In this document: positions 14,850 to 29,431 of the stretch, piece by piece
Layout: every line of letters begins with the position of its first letter
How positions within the stretch are numbered: the stretch's first letter is position 1
Assembly (NCBI GenBank): GCA_030141605.1
Contig: JAQGDQ010000406.1
Location: 145,164 to 209,163, forward strand
Length of the DNA: 64,000 bases
From: Tubiluchus corallicola
Taxonomy: Eukaryota; Animalia; Priapulida
Direction: 5' to 3'
Notes under the pieces: generated by a model
Database searches by the model: none
What the model was told of the DNA's origin: nothing
What the model saw: the letters and a program-made list of their open reading frames with translations, nothing else
Position numbers and translations under genes: made by a program

Positions 14850-15630
14850 ACTCATCCACTCATTCATTCATTCGCTAACTCACTCATTCACACATTTACA
14901 CAGTCACTTACTCACTCACTCATTCACTCATTCATTAATTCACAGACTGTCACAGTCGCTTACTCACTCACGCATTCGCTCACTCATTCACTTACTCACT
15001 CACTCGTTCATTCACTCGCTCACACAGTCACTTACTCACTCACTCACTCACTCACTCATTCACATACTTACACAGTCATTTACTCACTCACTCATTCACT
15101 CGCTCATTCACACGCTCATGCAGTCACTTACTGACTCACTCACTCACTCACTCACTCACTCACTCATTCATTAATTCACAGACTGTCACAGTCGTATAGT
15201 CACTCACTCACTCACTCACTCACTCACTCACTCACTCACTCTCTCTCTCACTCATTCATACATTCACACAGTCACTTACTCACTCACTCATTCACTCACT
15301 GATTCACTTACGCACTCATTCACATACTTACACACTTATTTACTCACTCACTCACTTATTCACTCACTCATTCACTCGCTCATTCAATTCAAACGCCCAC
15401 ACAGTCACTTATTGACTCACTTACTCACTCACTCATTCAGTAATTCACAGACTGTCACAGTCGCTCAGTCACTCACTCGCTCACTCACTCACTCACTCAC
15501 TCATTCACTCACTCACTCTCTCACTCATTCATACATTCACACAGTCACTCACTCACTCACTCACTGATTCGCTCACTCACTCATTCACATACTTACACAC
15601 TTATTTACTCACTCACTCACTCACTCACTC
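14850..15630. repeat. Degenerate (CACT)n tetranucleotide array with internal higher-order repeats
   Basis: Direct inspection. Confidence 0.92.
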
Positions 15631-15781
15631 CTTCAATCATTCGTTCGTTTTTACTTTCACCAATGTTTTGTGTACTTAGTTTCACCAATTTAGTTTTTTG
15701 ATTTCGCTGTAGCTTTCAAATGTTTATATCGTTATTAATGTACATTGAAACATTGAAATTACCACTGTTCTTGCTGACAAT

Positions 15782-15801
15782 TGATAATGATGATGACGAT
15801 G

Positions 15802-15857
<56 letters not shown>

Positions 15858-15898
15858 ATTGATGATGATGATGATGATGTTGTTGTTGTTGTTGTTGT

Positions 15899-15992
<94 letters not shown>
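15782..15992. repeat. (GAT)n microsatellite
   Basis: Direct inspection. Confidence 0.95.
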
Positions 15993-16376
15993 AAACGCTT
16001 TATCTCACAAACATAAACACAAGTTCAGTTAACAAATCACACAACGCATACAGGAACACGTTCCTTCAAATACAGGGCTCTTTTTAAGCGAAGTTGATTA
16101 ACAAATACCGCAATTTATAACAAACACATCTGCATATATATCACAGTGCAGACTGAAATCATTAATTCTTAGCAAAATTAATTCGTACCTCTAAATTTTA
16201 TGCACTTAGTTAATCAGCAATTTCTTAACTTCCACATCTCCACTTTTGTTTAAAATTAGCATATCAATATCACTCATGGATGAGAATTCTCGACGAATTC
16301 GGCTTCAGCTATGGGCCGGCATAAAAACTAGGCGGCTGCCTAGGGTGCCAAATTGTGGAAATCTTTTTTTTATTTT

Positions 16377-16922
16377 TAAAGGAATTGTTTAAACTTAAGC
16401 TCATTTTAATTTACTGTCCAAAATATACATTTTTTTGCTTATAAAAGTTAACATTGTTTCTCATATTTGAATAATTAGCTTAGAAAGTTAATTAACTGCA
16501 ACCGACCAGCTATTGTTTACCTCAGAAACTAACCACAGTTTGTGCGACGGCAGCCGTCTTCCCTTGCGCGTCAAGCGCATTTTCATAAGTGTTACAGTAC
16601 TGCTTAATTCCATGATGTCACGAAAAAATGTGCTTTACATCATACGACGTCAGAAACTAACACTGCAGTTCACGAACATGCTTATCACGGTACCGCCTTC
16701 TATTTGTCGGCCAAGCGAATGTGACAAAAAAAGGCGCCACTGCCAATCTTAGTAGATTCACTGAGCCGCGCGTAGCTTTGAAAGTTTAGCGAAATTTGAG
16801 TATCCGAGGTAATTATTATTTAATCTAAGCTTTGATTTAAAAAAACCTATCGTAGTTTTCAATATTTTAGAGCATTCTTTATCCTGAACTAATGTTTACA
16901 CAATCGTCCGGTTTTCTTTTAA
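16377..16922. mobile_element. MITE family A copy 2
   Basis: Colinear with 12365-12934. The left terminus is partly deleted. Confidence 0.85.
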
Positions 16923-17624
16923 ATTGAATGAACTGCTTACGTTATTTTGCAACGAAATTTGCAAAAAATTGTCTATAGAGCATAACGTTAATTTATACTA
17001 CTGCTGTGAGGAACTTTTCACGCGCGGTGGTATCCATTCACTTGAAAATTACGACATAGCTGGTAGATTTCGTGACATTTCGTAAGCGCATCGTGTCTTT
17101 CCGTAAGCTTCTGTGGCTACACTTCTGTAGCTTACCTGATGTTTATTCAAAAATATCACAAAATTTGTTGTATATTTTTTGTAAAACATTACATTATATT
17201 TTTGACGGAAATAGGCAGTGCTCCACTTTTCTCGAGTTAATGAATGACGTCATTGGTGGAAGAATGGAAGTGATTTTACTTGTTACACAAGGCGCTTTTC
17301 ACACTTTTATTACTAAAACCTTCTAATATTTTTCGCGAACATTGAAATAAGCCGATCTTCCCAAAAGGCTTGACTTTTCCTTTAACTAGAATGAAAACTC
17401 GCGTAGAAACCAAATGAACTCGTCGAATTACGGCAGTGTTAGCGTAAATCGACATTCGACAGTCGCCATATTAAAGATGATTCTACTTGATTGAATTACC
17501 TCAAATTGATGTCTATTTCAGCAAATTTACTTTCAAAGTGGTTTCACGTTCCATTGTGATTATTTCCTGTTGCCCTCGCTGTAAAGCTCGTGTTTATTTA
17601 GGAAATGAGAAATCAAAAAGGCAG

Positions 17625-18062
17625 TAAAATGTCATTAGTAGAGCAGCTTTGTCTATTAATGTTTGTGAAATTTCTTAAATTAAAGGAAAAGAACAAGTCA
17701 TTCCATATGTTGAGTTTATTTTACTGTTGTCACTTCAACTTAGAAAAATATAAAAAAGAAATAGAGAAGCTTTGACTATTAATGTTTGTGAAATTTCTTA
17801 AATTAAAGGAAAAGACAAGTCATTCCGTACGTTGAGTTTATTTTACTGTTATCACTTAAAACATAGAAAATATAAAAAAAGAAATAGAGCAGCTTTGTCT
17901 ATTAATGTTTGTGAAATTTCTTAAATTAAAAGAAAGGAACAAGTCATTCAGTATGTTGTGTTTATTTTACTGTTATCACTTAAAACATAGAAAAATATAA
18001 AAAAGAAATAGAGCAGCCCTTTGTTTGTGAAATTTCTTAAATTAAAGGAAAAGAACAAGTCA
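17625..18062. repeat. About 123-bp tandem repeat, about 3.6 copies
   Basis: GTTTGTGAAATTTCTTAAATTAAAGGAAAAGAACAAGTCA recurs 4 times. A single related unit lies near 26138. Confidence 0.88.
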
Positions 18063-18345
18063 CTGGTAAAACGGCACTGCATTGCCATCCCAGTGTGCAC
18101 CACTGATTCACCAAAAAATACATTATTGATATTGTTGACAATGTAAAGTAATTTAAACTTTTGCTTGGTTAGTAAAGAATATGCTACGAATGTTTCTGAG
18201 TATTTTTTCAAGCTTTACGCAGTGTTGTCTACACAGCGTTACTGCAAACGCAAGTTCTACGTGCAATAAGACAGCATGTAAGTGGCACAATATTTCGAGA
18301 CAAATTCTTCAAGCTTTATTTATGAAGAGTGCTTTCTTGCACTTG

Positions 18346-18870
18346 TAAAGGAAGACCGGGCGATTGTTTAGACTCAATCTCATTTTAATTTATTGTCCAA
18401 AATATACGCTTTCTTGCCCATAGAAGTTAACAATTGTTTCTTATATTTGAATAATTAGCTTAGAAAGTTAATTATTGCTTACGTCAGAAACTAACCACAG
18501 TTTGTGCAATGGCAGGCGTCTTCCCTTGCGCGTCAAGCACATTTGCACAGGTGTTATAGTACTGCTTAATTGCATGATGTCACGAAAAAATGTGCGTTAC
18601 ATCATACGACGTCAGAAACTAACACTGCAGTTCATAAACATGATTATCACGGTACCGCCTTCTATTTGTCGGCCAAGCGAATGTGAAAAAAAGGCACCAG
18701 TAGATTCACTGAGTCGCGCGTAGCTTTGAAGGTTTAACGAAATTTGAGTATCCGAGGTGATTATTATTTAATCTAAGCTTTGATTTAAAATAAGCTACAG
18801 TAGTTTTAAATGTTTTAGAGCATTCTTTATTCTGAACTCGTGTTTACACAATCGCCCGGTTTTCATTTAA
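18346..18870. mobile_element. MITE family A copy 3
   Basis: AAAGGAAGACCGGGCGATTGT...ACAATCGCCCGGTTTTCATTTAA. Confidence 0.87.
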
Positions 18871-18947
18871 ACATGTTTTTCGTAACTATTTAAACGTATT
18901 TACTATTTAAAGTTGCTTTTTATCATTTGGTTTTGCTTGTATTGCAG

Positions 18948-19630
18948 GTTATGGGCACATAGCACCGCGGACGGATTGGGGAAAAATAGTTACCATCTTA
19001 TACGCCATTGGAGGCATTCCACTCATGTTACTCTACCTCACAAACATTGGCGACTTCCTGGCTAACTCGTTTAGATTCCTGTACCGCCGCCTCAGCGTAA
19101 ATTATATGCAAGACTTTCGTTGCCAAAGACGCAAACTTGTCGTTCAGAAAGTCAACGATGTTAAGTCCGCAGAAGAGTCGGAAACCATGAGGGTCGACAT
19201 TGGCGACATCCAGCGTCGTCAAAGCGTCGACTCCAATGATGAGACAGAAACCATACGTGTGCCAATCATTCTCTGCATGTCTTTGCTAACCGGATATATC
19301 ATCCTAGGAGCCATGACCTTCTCTTTATGGGAGAAGTGGAACTATCTGGACGGTTCCTATTTCTGCTTCATCACCCTGACGACCATCGGTTTTGGGGATC
19401 TAGTCCCCGGAGATAGCGTGATAAACGAAAGCGGGTCAGAGGGGAAGCTGGTCCTCTGCTCGCTGTACATGCTGGTGGGGATGGCTCTATTGGCAATGTG
19501 TTTTAATTTGATGCAAGAAGAGGTGATTAGTAAAATGACGAGTTTGGCTTTGAAACTCGGGATCATTACGGACAAAAGTTCTAAGCTTCGCTTTACTGAA
19601 GAAACTATTGAAACTTCGGAAAGCAACTAA
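18948..19630 (+). CDS. K2P potassium channel, exon 2 (YG of P1, M2, M3, P2, M4, C-tail)
   Basis: The acceptor TTGCAG|GT TAT GGG restores [34 protein letters not shown]. Second pore [24 protein letters not shown]. Stop TAA at 19628-19630. The joined CDS is 1101 nt (366 aa). Confidence 0.94.
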
Positions 19631-19639
19631 TGGCAAGAA

Positions 19640-19870
19640 TCAAGATGCCAAGACTCAACATTCAAGATTTCAAGATTCGGCATTTCAAGATTCAACATAT
19701 CATTGTCAAGATTCAACATGTCAAGGTTCAAGATGTCAAGATTCAAGATGTCAAGATTCAAATTGCCAATATTCAACATTCAACATTTCAAGATACAGCA
19801 TTTCAAGATTCATCATATCAAGATTTAAGATGTCAAGATCAACATGTCAAGTTTCAAAATGTCAAGAATC
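19640..19870. repeat. Degenerate 15-bp repeat (TCAAGATTCAACATG) directly after the K2P stop codon
   Basis: Direct inspection. Confidence 0.85.
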
Positions 19871-20570
19871 CAGATTGTTTATTTCGAATTATTACAAATG
19901 CAACTGGTACATTTAAACAAATACTGAAACAAATGCTGACAAGAAGTAAAATACTCAATAACAAGCAAGTTTTGAAACATACTTATTTTTAAGTGCCTAA
20001 TTATAATTGTAAAGAAGACAGAATCCCCTTTAAATCTCAAAAAAACGTTTATCTTTCGTCCTTCATGCGTGAACACAGTTGAAATTTGAATTCTCTATTA
20101 AAACTTGCCTAGTTTTAGTACAACACACTGAATATCTTACAGTAGCACTCTATTTCAATTTCTGCTTTCGCAAACACGTGCAACACGCTCGTGGAATATT
20201 TTTGCTGTTGAAAATTATGTTAGTTTGTGATGTCATCAATAATTGGGCTTCCCCGCCCTTAAGTTTTTAGTCTATAATTTAACTATCAGAAACGCTTTTG
20301 CAGTATTAATTGCATTAAAATGTATACTTTCTCGGACTTGAAAATGGGATAATATATGGAAAATCATCCTGTCTTCACTTAACATAAGAAGGCTGTCCAA
20401 ACGAATGATTGTTGGTAAAATTACAGTCTCATTGAAAACCATCACAAACGTGATAAAAACGTATTAAATTGCACCTCAGATTCAAAAGTGGTGGCTGTGA
20501 ATTTGGTGCATAAAATTAATTTGGCAAACATGTAAAACTATTACACAGAAAGCAAAGCTACCATAAACAT

Positions 20571-20840
20571 AAATGTTTGCAGTCCTTTGCAACGAGTTGC
20601 ATTACAACCTTTGGCAATTGCAAATGTTTGCAGTCTTTTGCAACGAGTTGCATTACAAGCTTTGGCAATTGAAAATGTTTGCAGTCCTTTGCAACGAGTT
20701 GCATTACAACCTTTGGCAATTGCAAATGTTTGCAGTCTTTTGCAACGAGTTGCATTACAAGCTTTGGCAATTGAAAATGTTTGCAGTCCTTTGCAACGAG
20801 TTGCATTACAAGCTTTGACAATTGAAAATGTTTGCAGTCT
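20571..20840. repeat. 51-bp minisatellite, about 5.3 copies, alternating A/B variants
   Basis: AAATGTTTGCAGTCYTTTGCAACGAGTTGCATTACAASCTTTGGCAATTGM repeats every 51 nt. Confidence 0.92.
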
Positions 20841-21029
20841 CTTGCATTGCCATGCCTTTTCAATGCAAGTACTTAACAAATATCAATATGTACAATTTCA
20901 GTTTACGAAAATTTTATACCATGGATGTTATATTTGCCACTGAAATTTTTATTATAATATAACTCTGTGTTATGTAATTTGCTTATCAAGAATTAATCTT
21001 TTTACGGAATTTTATATCATTCATTTCAA

Positions 21030-21992
21030 TAAGGGAGTATATATTTGGTTTATTGAAGGTGTAACATCTAAGTTTGAAACAGACAGTTTTACAACTGATA
21101 TATGTTCTCTCCTACCGGGAGCGAAATGCTAGACAGATGCAGAACAATGGTGACCACAATGTACAAGAAATGTTACAATGAATATGAACATTAATATGTA
21201 ACAAGAATAACATAGTTAATACTATTTAAAGCGCTTAGTGTTTGAAATAAAAGACTGCACTAAAACAAAAATTTGAGTGTTCACAGAATTATCTAGGGCT
21301 GGTTCCCGTGCAGAAACAAACGTACAAGTTCATTTGATGCAAATCTGTAAGCATTGATGTTAAAAGCTGACAAAAGAGTGCAGAGATTTGTAAATAAGTC
21401 GTGTCTGGCCTGGTGGTAAAGAGGGCAGCTAATTAAGTAATGACCCACTATTTCATAAGTAGAACCACATTGGCAACTAGGTGATGCTAATGACCCATCG
21501 TGATTTTTACCTTTTCTGAGGTATAAATCATAATTAAGTTGACAAAAACCAACTCTCATTCTAGTATGGTGTACAGTACCACTTGAAAAGTATGTAGGCC
21601 GCTTATTAAAACAAGTATGATTCTTTAGTCAAGATTTAAAGATATTTAAAGAGTGAGAGTTATGGATATCAAGAGGTAAACTATTCCAGCCCTTAACCGA
21701 GGCAAGAAAAAAAGAATTATCCAAAAGCAGTTGAGTGGCAGGTGTAATTAGAGAAGTTTTCATTATTACGGACTGGATACATTGTAATATCCCTTACACG
21801 AGGAGGCAAAATATCAAAAAGGTAGTGGGGAGCTAAGTGATTCGTGATTTTATAAAAGACACATAAACGGAAATATTGGAAGCGCTTAGAAATGGGGTTC
21901 AGTCCTGCTTCGAACAAAAGGTTTGAATAATTGGAACCTGACATAGCACCGGTACATATGCGCGCAGCACTCAACTGAATATTATCAAGCAA
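21030..21992 (-). mobile_element. 5'-truncated CR1-group LINE fragment
   Basis: LDNIQLSAARICTGA...RLCVFYKITNHLAPHYL and MRVGFCQLNYDLY...CQCGSTYEIVGHYLISCPLY, interrupted by stops. Protein-level relative of the 6380-7130 fragment. Confidence 0.8.
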
Positions 21993-22075
21993 GTAGGCCG
22001 CTTATTAGCATATATTTGTTTTCGAAAATTTCGTGTTATTAATAAATTTGCAGAGATCAAACTCTAAAGCTTCAT

Positions 22076-23030
22076 TAACACCACCAACAGTAACACCAAC
22101 ACCACAACAAACAACACCAACACCAACACCACGATCACAACAACCACAACCAACGCCAACACCAACACCACAACAATCACCACCAACACCAACACCACAA
22201 CCACCACAAACACCACAGCAACCTCCACCAACACCATGACCACAACCACCACCAACTCCAACACCACGACCACCAACACCACCATCACCACCAACACCCC
22301 CTCTATCTACTCCACCATCAACAACACCAACTACCAACACCATCACCACCACCAACTCCAACACCACGACCACCAACACCACCATCACCACCAACACCCC
22401 CTCTATCTACTCCACCATCAACAACACCAACTACCAACACCATCACCACCAGCAACCAACAACAATCACCACCAACACCACGACCGCAACCACCAACACC
22501 ACAACAACCACTACCAACACCAACACCATCACCACCAGCAACCAACAACAATCACCACCAACACCACGACCGCAACCACCAACACCACAACAACCACCAC
22601 CAACTCCAACACCACGACCACCAACACCACCATCACCACCAACAACCAACATCAACCACCAACACTAACAACCACCACCAATCACCACCAACACCCCCAC
22701 CACCTCCTTCACCATCTCCACCGCCTCCACTGCCACCAACACCACCATCACATAATCAACCAACACCACCACCAATTACAATTACTACCAACGCCATCAA
22801 CCACCACCAACCACATTCAACACCACCTCCACCACCACCAACACCACCATCACCACCAAAAGCCAACACCAACCACCACCACCAACACCACCACCAACAA
22901 CCAAAACCAACCACTACCAACACCACCAACACCATCACTACCAACACCTCCAACCACGACCGCCACTGCCACCGCCACCACCACAACCACCATCACCAAC
23001 ATCACCACTACCAAAAACACCAACACCAAT
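22076..23030. repeat. Cryptic (CCA/ACA)n low-complexity array with internal block duplications
   Basis: Direct inspection. Confidence 0.9.
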
Positions 23031-23334
23031 TTTAATAAAATGCTTTTATCTGTGACCCATGCAAAAACGAAAGCCACGGAATTAAAAATAGTCAAGAAGT
23101 CGCAGTGCATCAGGGTATTCGATTTAGATCAAAAGAAAATCTGTGACCTTGATGGCACTCTTCAGTAATATACCTTTTGAGAGATATTCCAATAATCACA
23201 ATTTTAGATATGTAATATCAATATGACAGATATAAATTTAGATTCAGATATAAATATATTTCGATTTTTCAGTATTAAAAAACATACTATGCTCTGAGCA
23301 CATATGTTCAGCATAGTTTTCAAAACGACAACAG

Positions 23335-23480
23335 GAAAATGTCAAGTAAGGATCATTTTACCTGACTTTGTAAATATCAGAAGTCTTTTTATGGGGCCGC
23401 CAAGTTTGCATTGGTGTAGGCCTAATAATACGTCTGACATTTACAAAGTCTGGTAAAACGAACCGTACTTGACATTTTCT
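23335..23480. mobile_element. Small hairpin MITE (about 50-bp arms)
   Basis: GAAAATGTCAAGTAAGGATCATTTTACCTGACTTTGTAAATATCAGA is mirrored by TCTGACATTTACAAAGTCTGGTAAAACGAACCGTACTTGACATTTTC. Confidence 0.75.
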
Positions 23481-23517
23481 TCAGCTAGATTGATTTCAAC
23501 CTAGTTTTGCACTGCCT

Positions 23518-23545
23518 TATATAAAGGCACGTTCAGTTTCAGTAC
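23518..23545 (+). promoter_or_regulatory. TATA box and Inr-like TCAGT motifs of the small secreted-protein gene
   Basis: TATATAAAGG at 23518, TCAGTT/TCAGTA at 23533-23544, ATG at 23602. Confidence 0.65.
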
Positions 23546-23601
23546 TACCCTCGACAGAACCCAGAGACAGAGGAATTAACAGCAGAATTGAAGAAGAAGA
23601 C

Positions 23602-23637
23602 ATGTTGAAACTGATTGTCACTGCAGCAGTCGTGCTG
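23602..23637 (+). CDS. Secreted Pro/Cys-rich protein, exon 1 (signal peptide start)
   Basis: MLKLIVTAAVVL followed by a perfect phase-0 donor CTG|GTAAGT. Confidence 0.8.
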
Positions 23638-24076
23638 GTAAGTTGGTTTAATTTCTGTCACTGGTTATTTTTTTTCTTTTCGAGACGATGCTCCTTTAAT
23701 CTGTGCATCCTTTAAGGGGCGCTACGTTTTAGGCCCATTGTCATTTGAGCTATATATGGCCTGTACTAAAATACTATTATTAGGAAAAAGTTAAACCTGA
23801 CGTTGCTAGATGGCGACACTCGATTGTATCTAATTTGCGATAAAGCTGTTATGAAATTTGTGCAAACTAAGAATTGTATTAATGAATTTATGGTATGGAT
23901 ATTAAGAACTTTTATAAAATGGGCTTTGTGTGGTAATGCTGCCACGCTGGGCATGCTTTACACGTAATCCTCATATCAACGTAGAAGTCGTTTTTAGATC
24001 TGTTTCACAATTTTATGAATATATCTGCTCATGGATAAATGTTTTTTTTCGTATATTTATACTAGTGATGAACGAT

Positions 24077-25028
<952 letters not shown>

Positions 25029-25247
25029 TATAATGCTTAGGAAAAGTGTAGAAGGAACTATTTTAGTCACTTTACCTGGTTCGTTTAGACACTCTATAAA
25101 GAGCCTAAACATTCTAGGCAATACCCGATTTCACACGTTGTTTGTAAAGACCACATATCTTTGTTAAGTACAGCATCCCAGCACCCGAAATAGTCTGTGT
25201 TATGTCTGTCTTTTGGAAACTATTTGAAATGGACATTTCATTTTTAG

Positions 25248-25472
25248 CTAGTCACTTTGCTAACAAAGGGACAGGCGGCACCACCACCTGGTCCACCTCC
25301 ACCACCTGGTCCACCTCCACCACCACGTCCACCGTGTCCACGAGACTGTACGGTAGATACAGGAGAGGATACAGAAGAGGATTGTCCAGCTTTCGATGAT
25401 CTAGATGAGAGCGAATTTGTGACTGAGACTAAGGAAATTGAATGTCGCCATGGGGGCGAAGGAACTATTACG
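25248..25472 (+). CDS. Secreted Pro/Cys-rich protein, exon 2
   Basis: TTTTTAG|CTA gives LVTLLTKGQAAPPPGPPPPPGPPPPPRPPCPRDCTVDTGEDTEEDCPAFDDLDESEFVTETKEIECRHGGEGTIT, then donor ACG|GTAAGA. Phase 0-0. Confidence 0.85.
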
Positions 25473-26820
25473 GTAAGATCAACATGAAACATGTCGTTGA
25501 TACAATGGCAGATCTTTGAATATTTGCTTAAACGTTGTTTATTGGGTTCAGATTAGACAGTTTGTGCGGGCAAACAGCAGACAAAACAAAATTATATAAA
25601 TTCAAACAAGCACAAATAGATATACATACATAGACATGAATAATGCATATATTTAAATACATACAAATACATATGAACAAAGACATACATGTAAAGTTAG
25701 CAGATGTGACACAATGAATAATAAGACAAATGAGTAATAATAATAACAATAACCGTTATAATTTATCGTAAAATATCGTTTACCTCAGAAGAGGGGAGTG
25801 TGCGTGCGTGCCTGCGCATGCGAGTGTCTGTGTATGAGTGTACATGCGTGTTCATGATAGTGTTTGTTTCCTTACGTTAACAGTAGAAGGTAGAAGAATG
25901 TAAAGGAGAGGAGAAAGAGGGCGAGAAGAGCCTCAGAATCCTCTCAGTTTAGACAAAAGTTTGCAGTTAAGACGAACTTGAAATATTTTGCTCAAGGTCG
26001 GTTTAGACCATTAGCTTCATTGAACGTACTGTTGCGTACACATTGAAAAAGAAAAATGTAGGAATCGATTCACTTTTTCCTCACTAGTCTTCATTTTGTG
26101 ACAACAATGTAAAGTAAAACCATGAATTCGCCTGGCATTAAAGAAAAGAACAAGTCACTCAGTATGTTGGCTTTATTTTAACGTTATCACTTAAACTTAT
26201 AACATACAAGAGAAAAATATAACAAAGAAATTTGCAAAGAACTGCCTGTATAGCTTAAATTTAAATTATACTACATCTGAAGAGAAATTTTTGGGCGTGT
26301 TGGTTGCCGCCACATGAAAATCATGCTGTAACTGGGAGATTTCGTGACTTTTCGTAAGCACGTCGTGGTTTTCCGTAAGCACGCATTACTTAAACTAATT
26401 CAGACTTCTGCAGCTTACGTAATGTTCATGTAAAAATATTACAAAACTAGCTATCTTTTTTTTGTAAAAACTTATTATACTTTTGATGAAGATTGATAGT
26501 GCGCGACATTTTTTCAAGACGAATGACGTCATTGGAAGAAGAGTGGACATTGAAAATAGGAGCACACAAGAATGAAGTGATCGCGACTTTAAAGTGATTT
26601 TACTAGTTACACGAGCCACTTATTGCAGTTTTATTACTAAATCCTCTAACATTTTTCGTGAACATTGATATAAGCCTAACCTCTTAAAAGACTTCACCTT
26701 TCCTTCAATGTTTTTAATGTTTGTGTAAATCGTATCATATTCGTTTGATTCGTTTAAACGAGGAACAAACTACGTATAATGTATTTTTGCATAATCTTCT
26801 TAATTGATTTGTTTTTCTAG

Positions 26821-27003
26821 GTACTAAAACGAACCAAAGACTGTGTATGTGCCCTGCCACCACCAAATGGTCCACCGCCAGATGGTCCACCACCACCATG
26901 TCGTCCTCATGATGGCTGTGACTGTGCATACGCAAATGAAAAGGTCGCTGAAAACACTTGTCTTCCACCACCTCCTCCACCTCCAGGTCCACCACCTCCT
27001 TGA
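26821..27003 (+). CDS. Secreted Pro/Cys-rich protein, exon 3 (terminal)
   Basis: TTTTTCTAG|GTA gives VLKRTKDCVCALPPPNGPPPDGPPPPCRPHDGCDCAYANEKVAENTCLPPPPPPPGPPPP*. AATAAA at 27214. Confidence 0.85.
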   Translation, partial: VLKRTKDCVCALPPPNGPPPDGPPPPCRPHDGCDCAYANEKVAENTCLPPPPPPPGPPPP

Positions 27004-29431
27004 ACCACCTGCTCCAACACATTAAGCAAAAACGTTATTCTTCAATTATTCAACCAAACCTATGTAGCCTTTATACAGGTCTTCTTCTTACAGAAAATGA
27101 TAAGAAACAAAAAATTGAAATTGTTAATATCTCTTAATTGTTCCTATAGACGCCAAGAGATGGCGCAATAACAAAATTGAGTTCCCACTCAAATTGTTAT
27201 TCAATATTGACTTAATAAATCATTCAGTAAGCAGTACACTGTGTTCGTGTGTATATTCTTAAAATCTTTAGCTGGTAATTTCAACAAACATTGTAAATCC
27301 AAGTCTATCTCAAAATGTGTCACTTGCTACATAATGTGTAATCTGGAAGAAGTCTAGTCACCAGACTTGATCCCCATAATGTAGATCTTAAGTGAGGCAT
27401 TTTACTCACTAATACTCACTAATACTTTTATCAGCCCATAAAGATTATCATACATTATTACTCATTTTCAAATATAGTAACTCATCGCTTAACAACTCCC
27501 TTGGCCTTAAATGAGGCATTTTACTCACTAATACTTTTATCAGCTCATAAAGATTATCATACATTACTACTCATTTTCAAATACAGTAAGACCTCGCTTA
27601 ACGACTCTCCGTTCAACACACACATTCGTAGCACACAGATTACTATCTAGTTAAAATTTAAAATTGGTGTGTGACTCGGCTACAATTTTCCTACTGGCGC
27701 GAATATTTTAAATTATTATTTCTAGTTACCTAAATCTTTCCAGCAGGTAAACGAATTGCTAAATAATACAGATTTGCATGGAAAGTTTTTTGGGACATAA
27801 TTTAACATTTTCTTTTTTCCCCTGATTTACGTTTGCGTAGGTGACGTCAGAACAGTATTGCGGGAGTTTACAATGAAAACAAACGAAAATTCCTTTTCAC
27901 GCAAGTACGATATACGCATAAAATTGCTAAAAGTAATATAATTTTTAAGATGATTTTTCTGAAACCTACTTCAGCTACCCCCTTTCTTGTCCTTTAACTG
28001 GCATTTTCAGCTACAATTTCACACAATAAAGTTGATAATTACCACTAAGCAAAGATAAGCAAAGAGTGGGAAAAGAAGTATATGCCTTACTCTACGCGGT
28101 AACCGTTTTTCAGAGAAGAAATCTCTTGACGACTTTGGGCCCTTCTAAACTAATTTGGCAGGAGCCATGGTGACTAATTGTGAAAAAAGCTATTTATTGA
28201 TCTGTAACATTGAGCCTATTACAGAAAATCAGTGAACGAAATATTTAAACATCACTTTAAAATAGCTTTAAGTTATTCTGCTATAAGCTATAGCCTATCA
28301 TAAATACAGCTATTCAATTAGCCTATCACATATAGGTTTATCACATATACGTTTAATGAAAAGGACAAAAATGTAACAGAGAAATTGCAAAAACTGTTTA
28401 TAAAGCATACGGTTTATTTATGCTGCCGTTGTATAGAATTTTCAGGCAGGGTGGTAGCCCCATTCACTTGAAAATTATGACGTAACTGGTGGACTTCATA
28501 ATGTTTTATAAGCGCATCGTTGCTTACCATAACCAACCACTGCTTAAACTAATTCAAACTTCTACAGCTTGTCAAATGTTCATGCAAAAATGTCACAAAT
28601 TTAGCTGCCATATTTTTTGCAAAACCCTTTTGCTGAACCTTTGAGGCGCGTAGCTTTCCTCAGTCGATAAATGACGTCATTGGTGGATCAATCAGCAATC
28701 AAAACGGGAGCGCCCAAACATGAAACGATTGCGACTTTATATGGACTTTACTAATAACACGAGGTACTTTTCATTCTAACATTTTCTGTAAACATTGAAA
28801 AAAGGAATATCTTCCCTTAAGGTTTGGCCTTTCCTTTAAGCTATAACAACGATTAAACTATAGTAAAATAATTTGTACAGTGGTTGCGTTAAAGTCTGTT
28901 TATTATAGTGGTTAATGCTGCTTGCTGATTATTGTTGTTTATTGCGTGGCGTGTGAAGTAGCCAGGATGGGCAGGGCAAACTATCAAGACTGTATTTAAT
29001 AAGCAACATATTTATTAAACATCAACACAACACGGTAAATATGCGAGGATAGTCATGTCAGCTCTCCGTCTTCAAGTCAGTTCCTAGTCTGCCCAATCTG
29101 CCTAATCTGCCTCAAAACACTTTTGTTTAACAACCTAATGCGCCATGAGCATCAGCTGATCACGTGATGCCACGCCTACCTGGGATTCTAGCCACGACGA
29201 TAATTTAATCCTGCATCGTAAAGTATTTGATCTTGAATTATTAATTTAATAATTTAATCACCAATTTAATCAAAATCACTATTTAACACAGCTTTCTTTT
29301 ACTCTATTAGTAATATATGTGTGCTATTTTCGACAGTTGTAAACCAAGTACGGATAATTCCAAACAAAACATTAGCTATTTTTTGTGCATCCGTGCAAAA
29401 ACTTCTCTGTCACCTTCTCATTCTTGGATGT

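Noticed and set aside
19608-19992. QDSRC / KIQDV repeat ORFs after the K2P stop
   Set aside because: These are a 15-bp repeat in the presumptive 3' UTR.
22005-23168. 310-aa Thr/His/Pro mucin-like ORF
   Set aside because: Cryptic (CCA/ACA)n low-complexity DNA with frame-switching composition, no signal peptide and no splice support.
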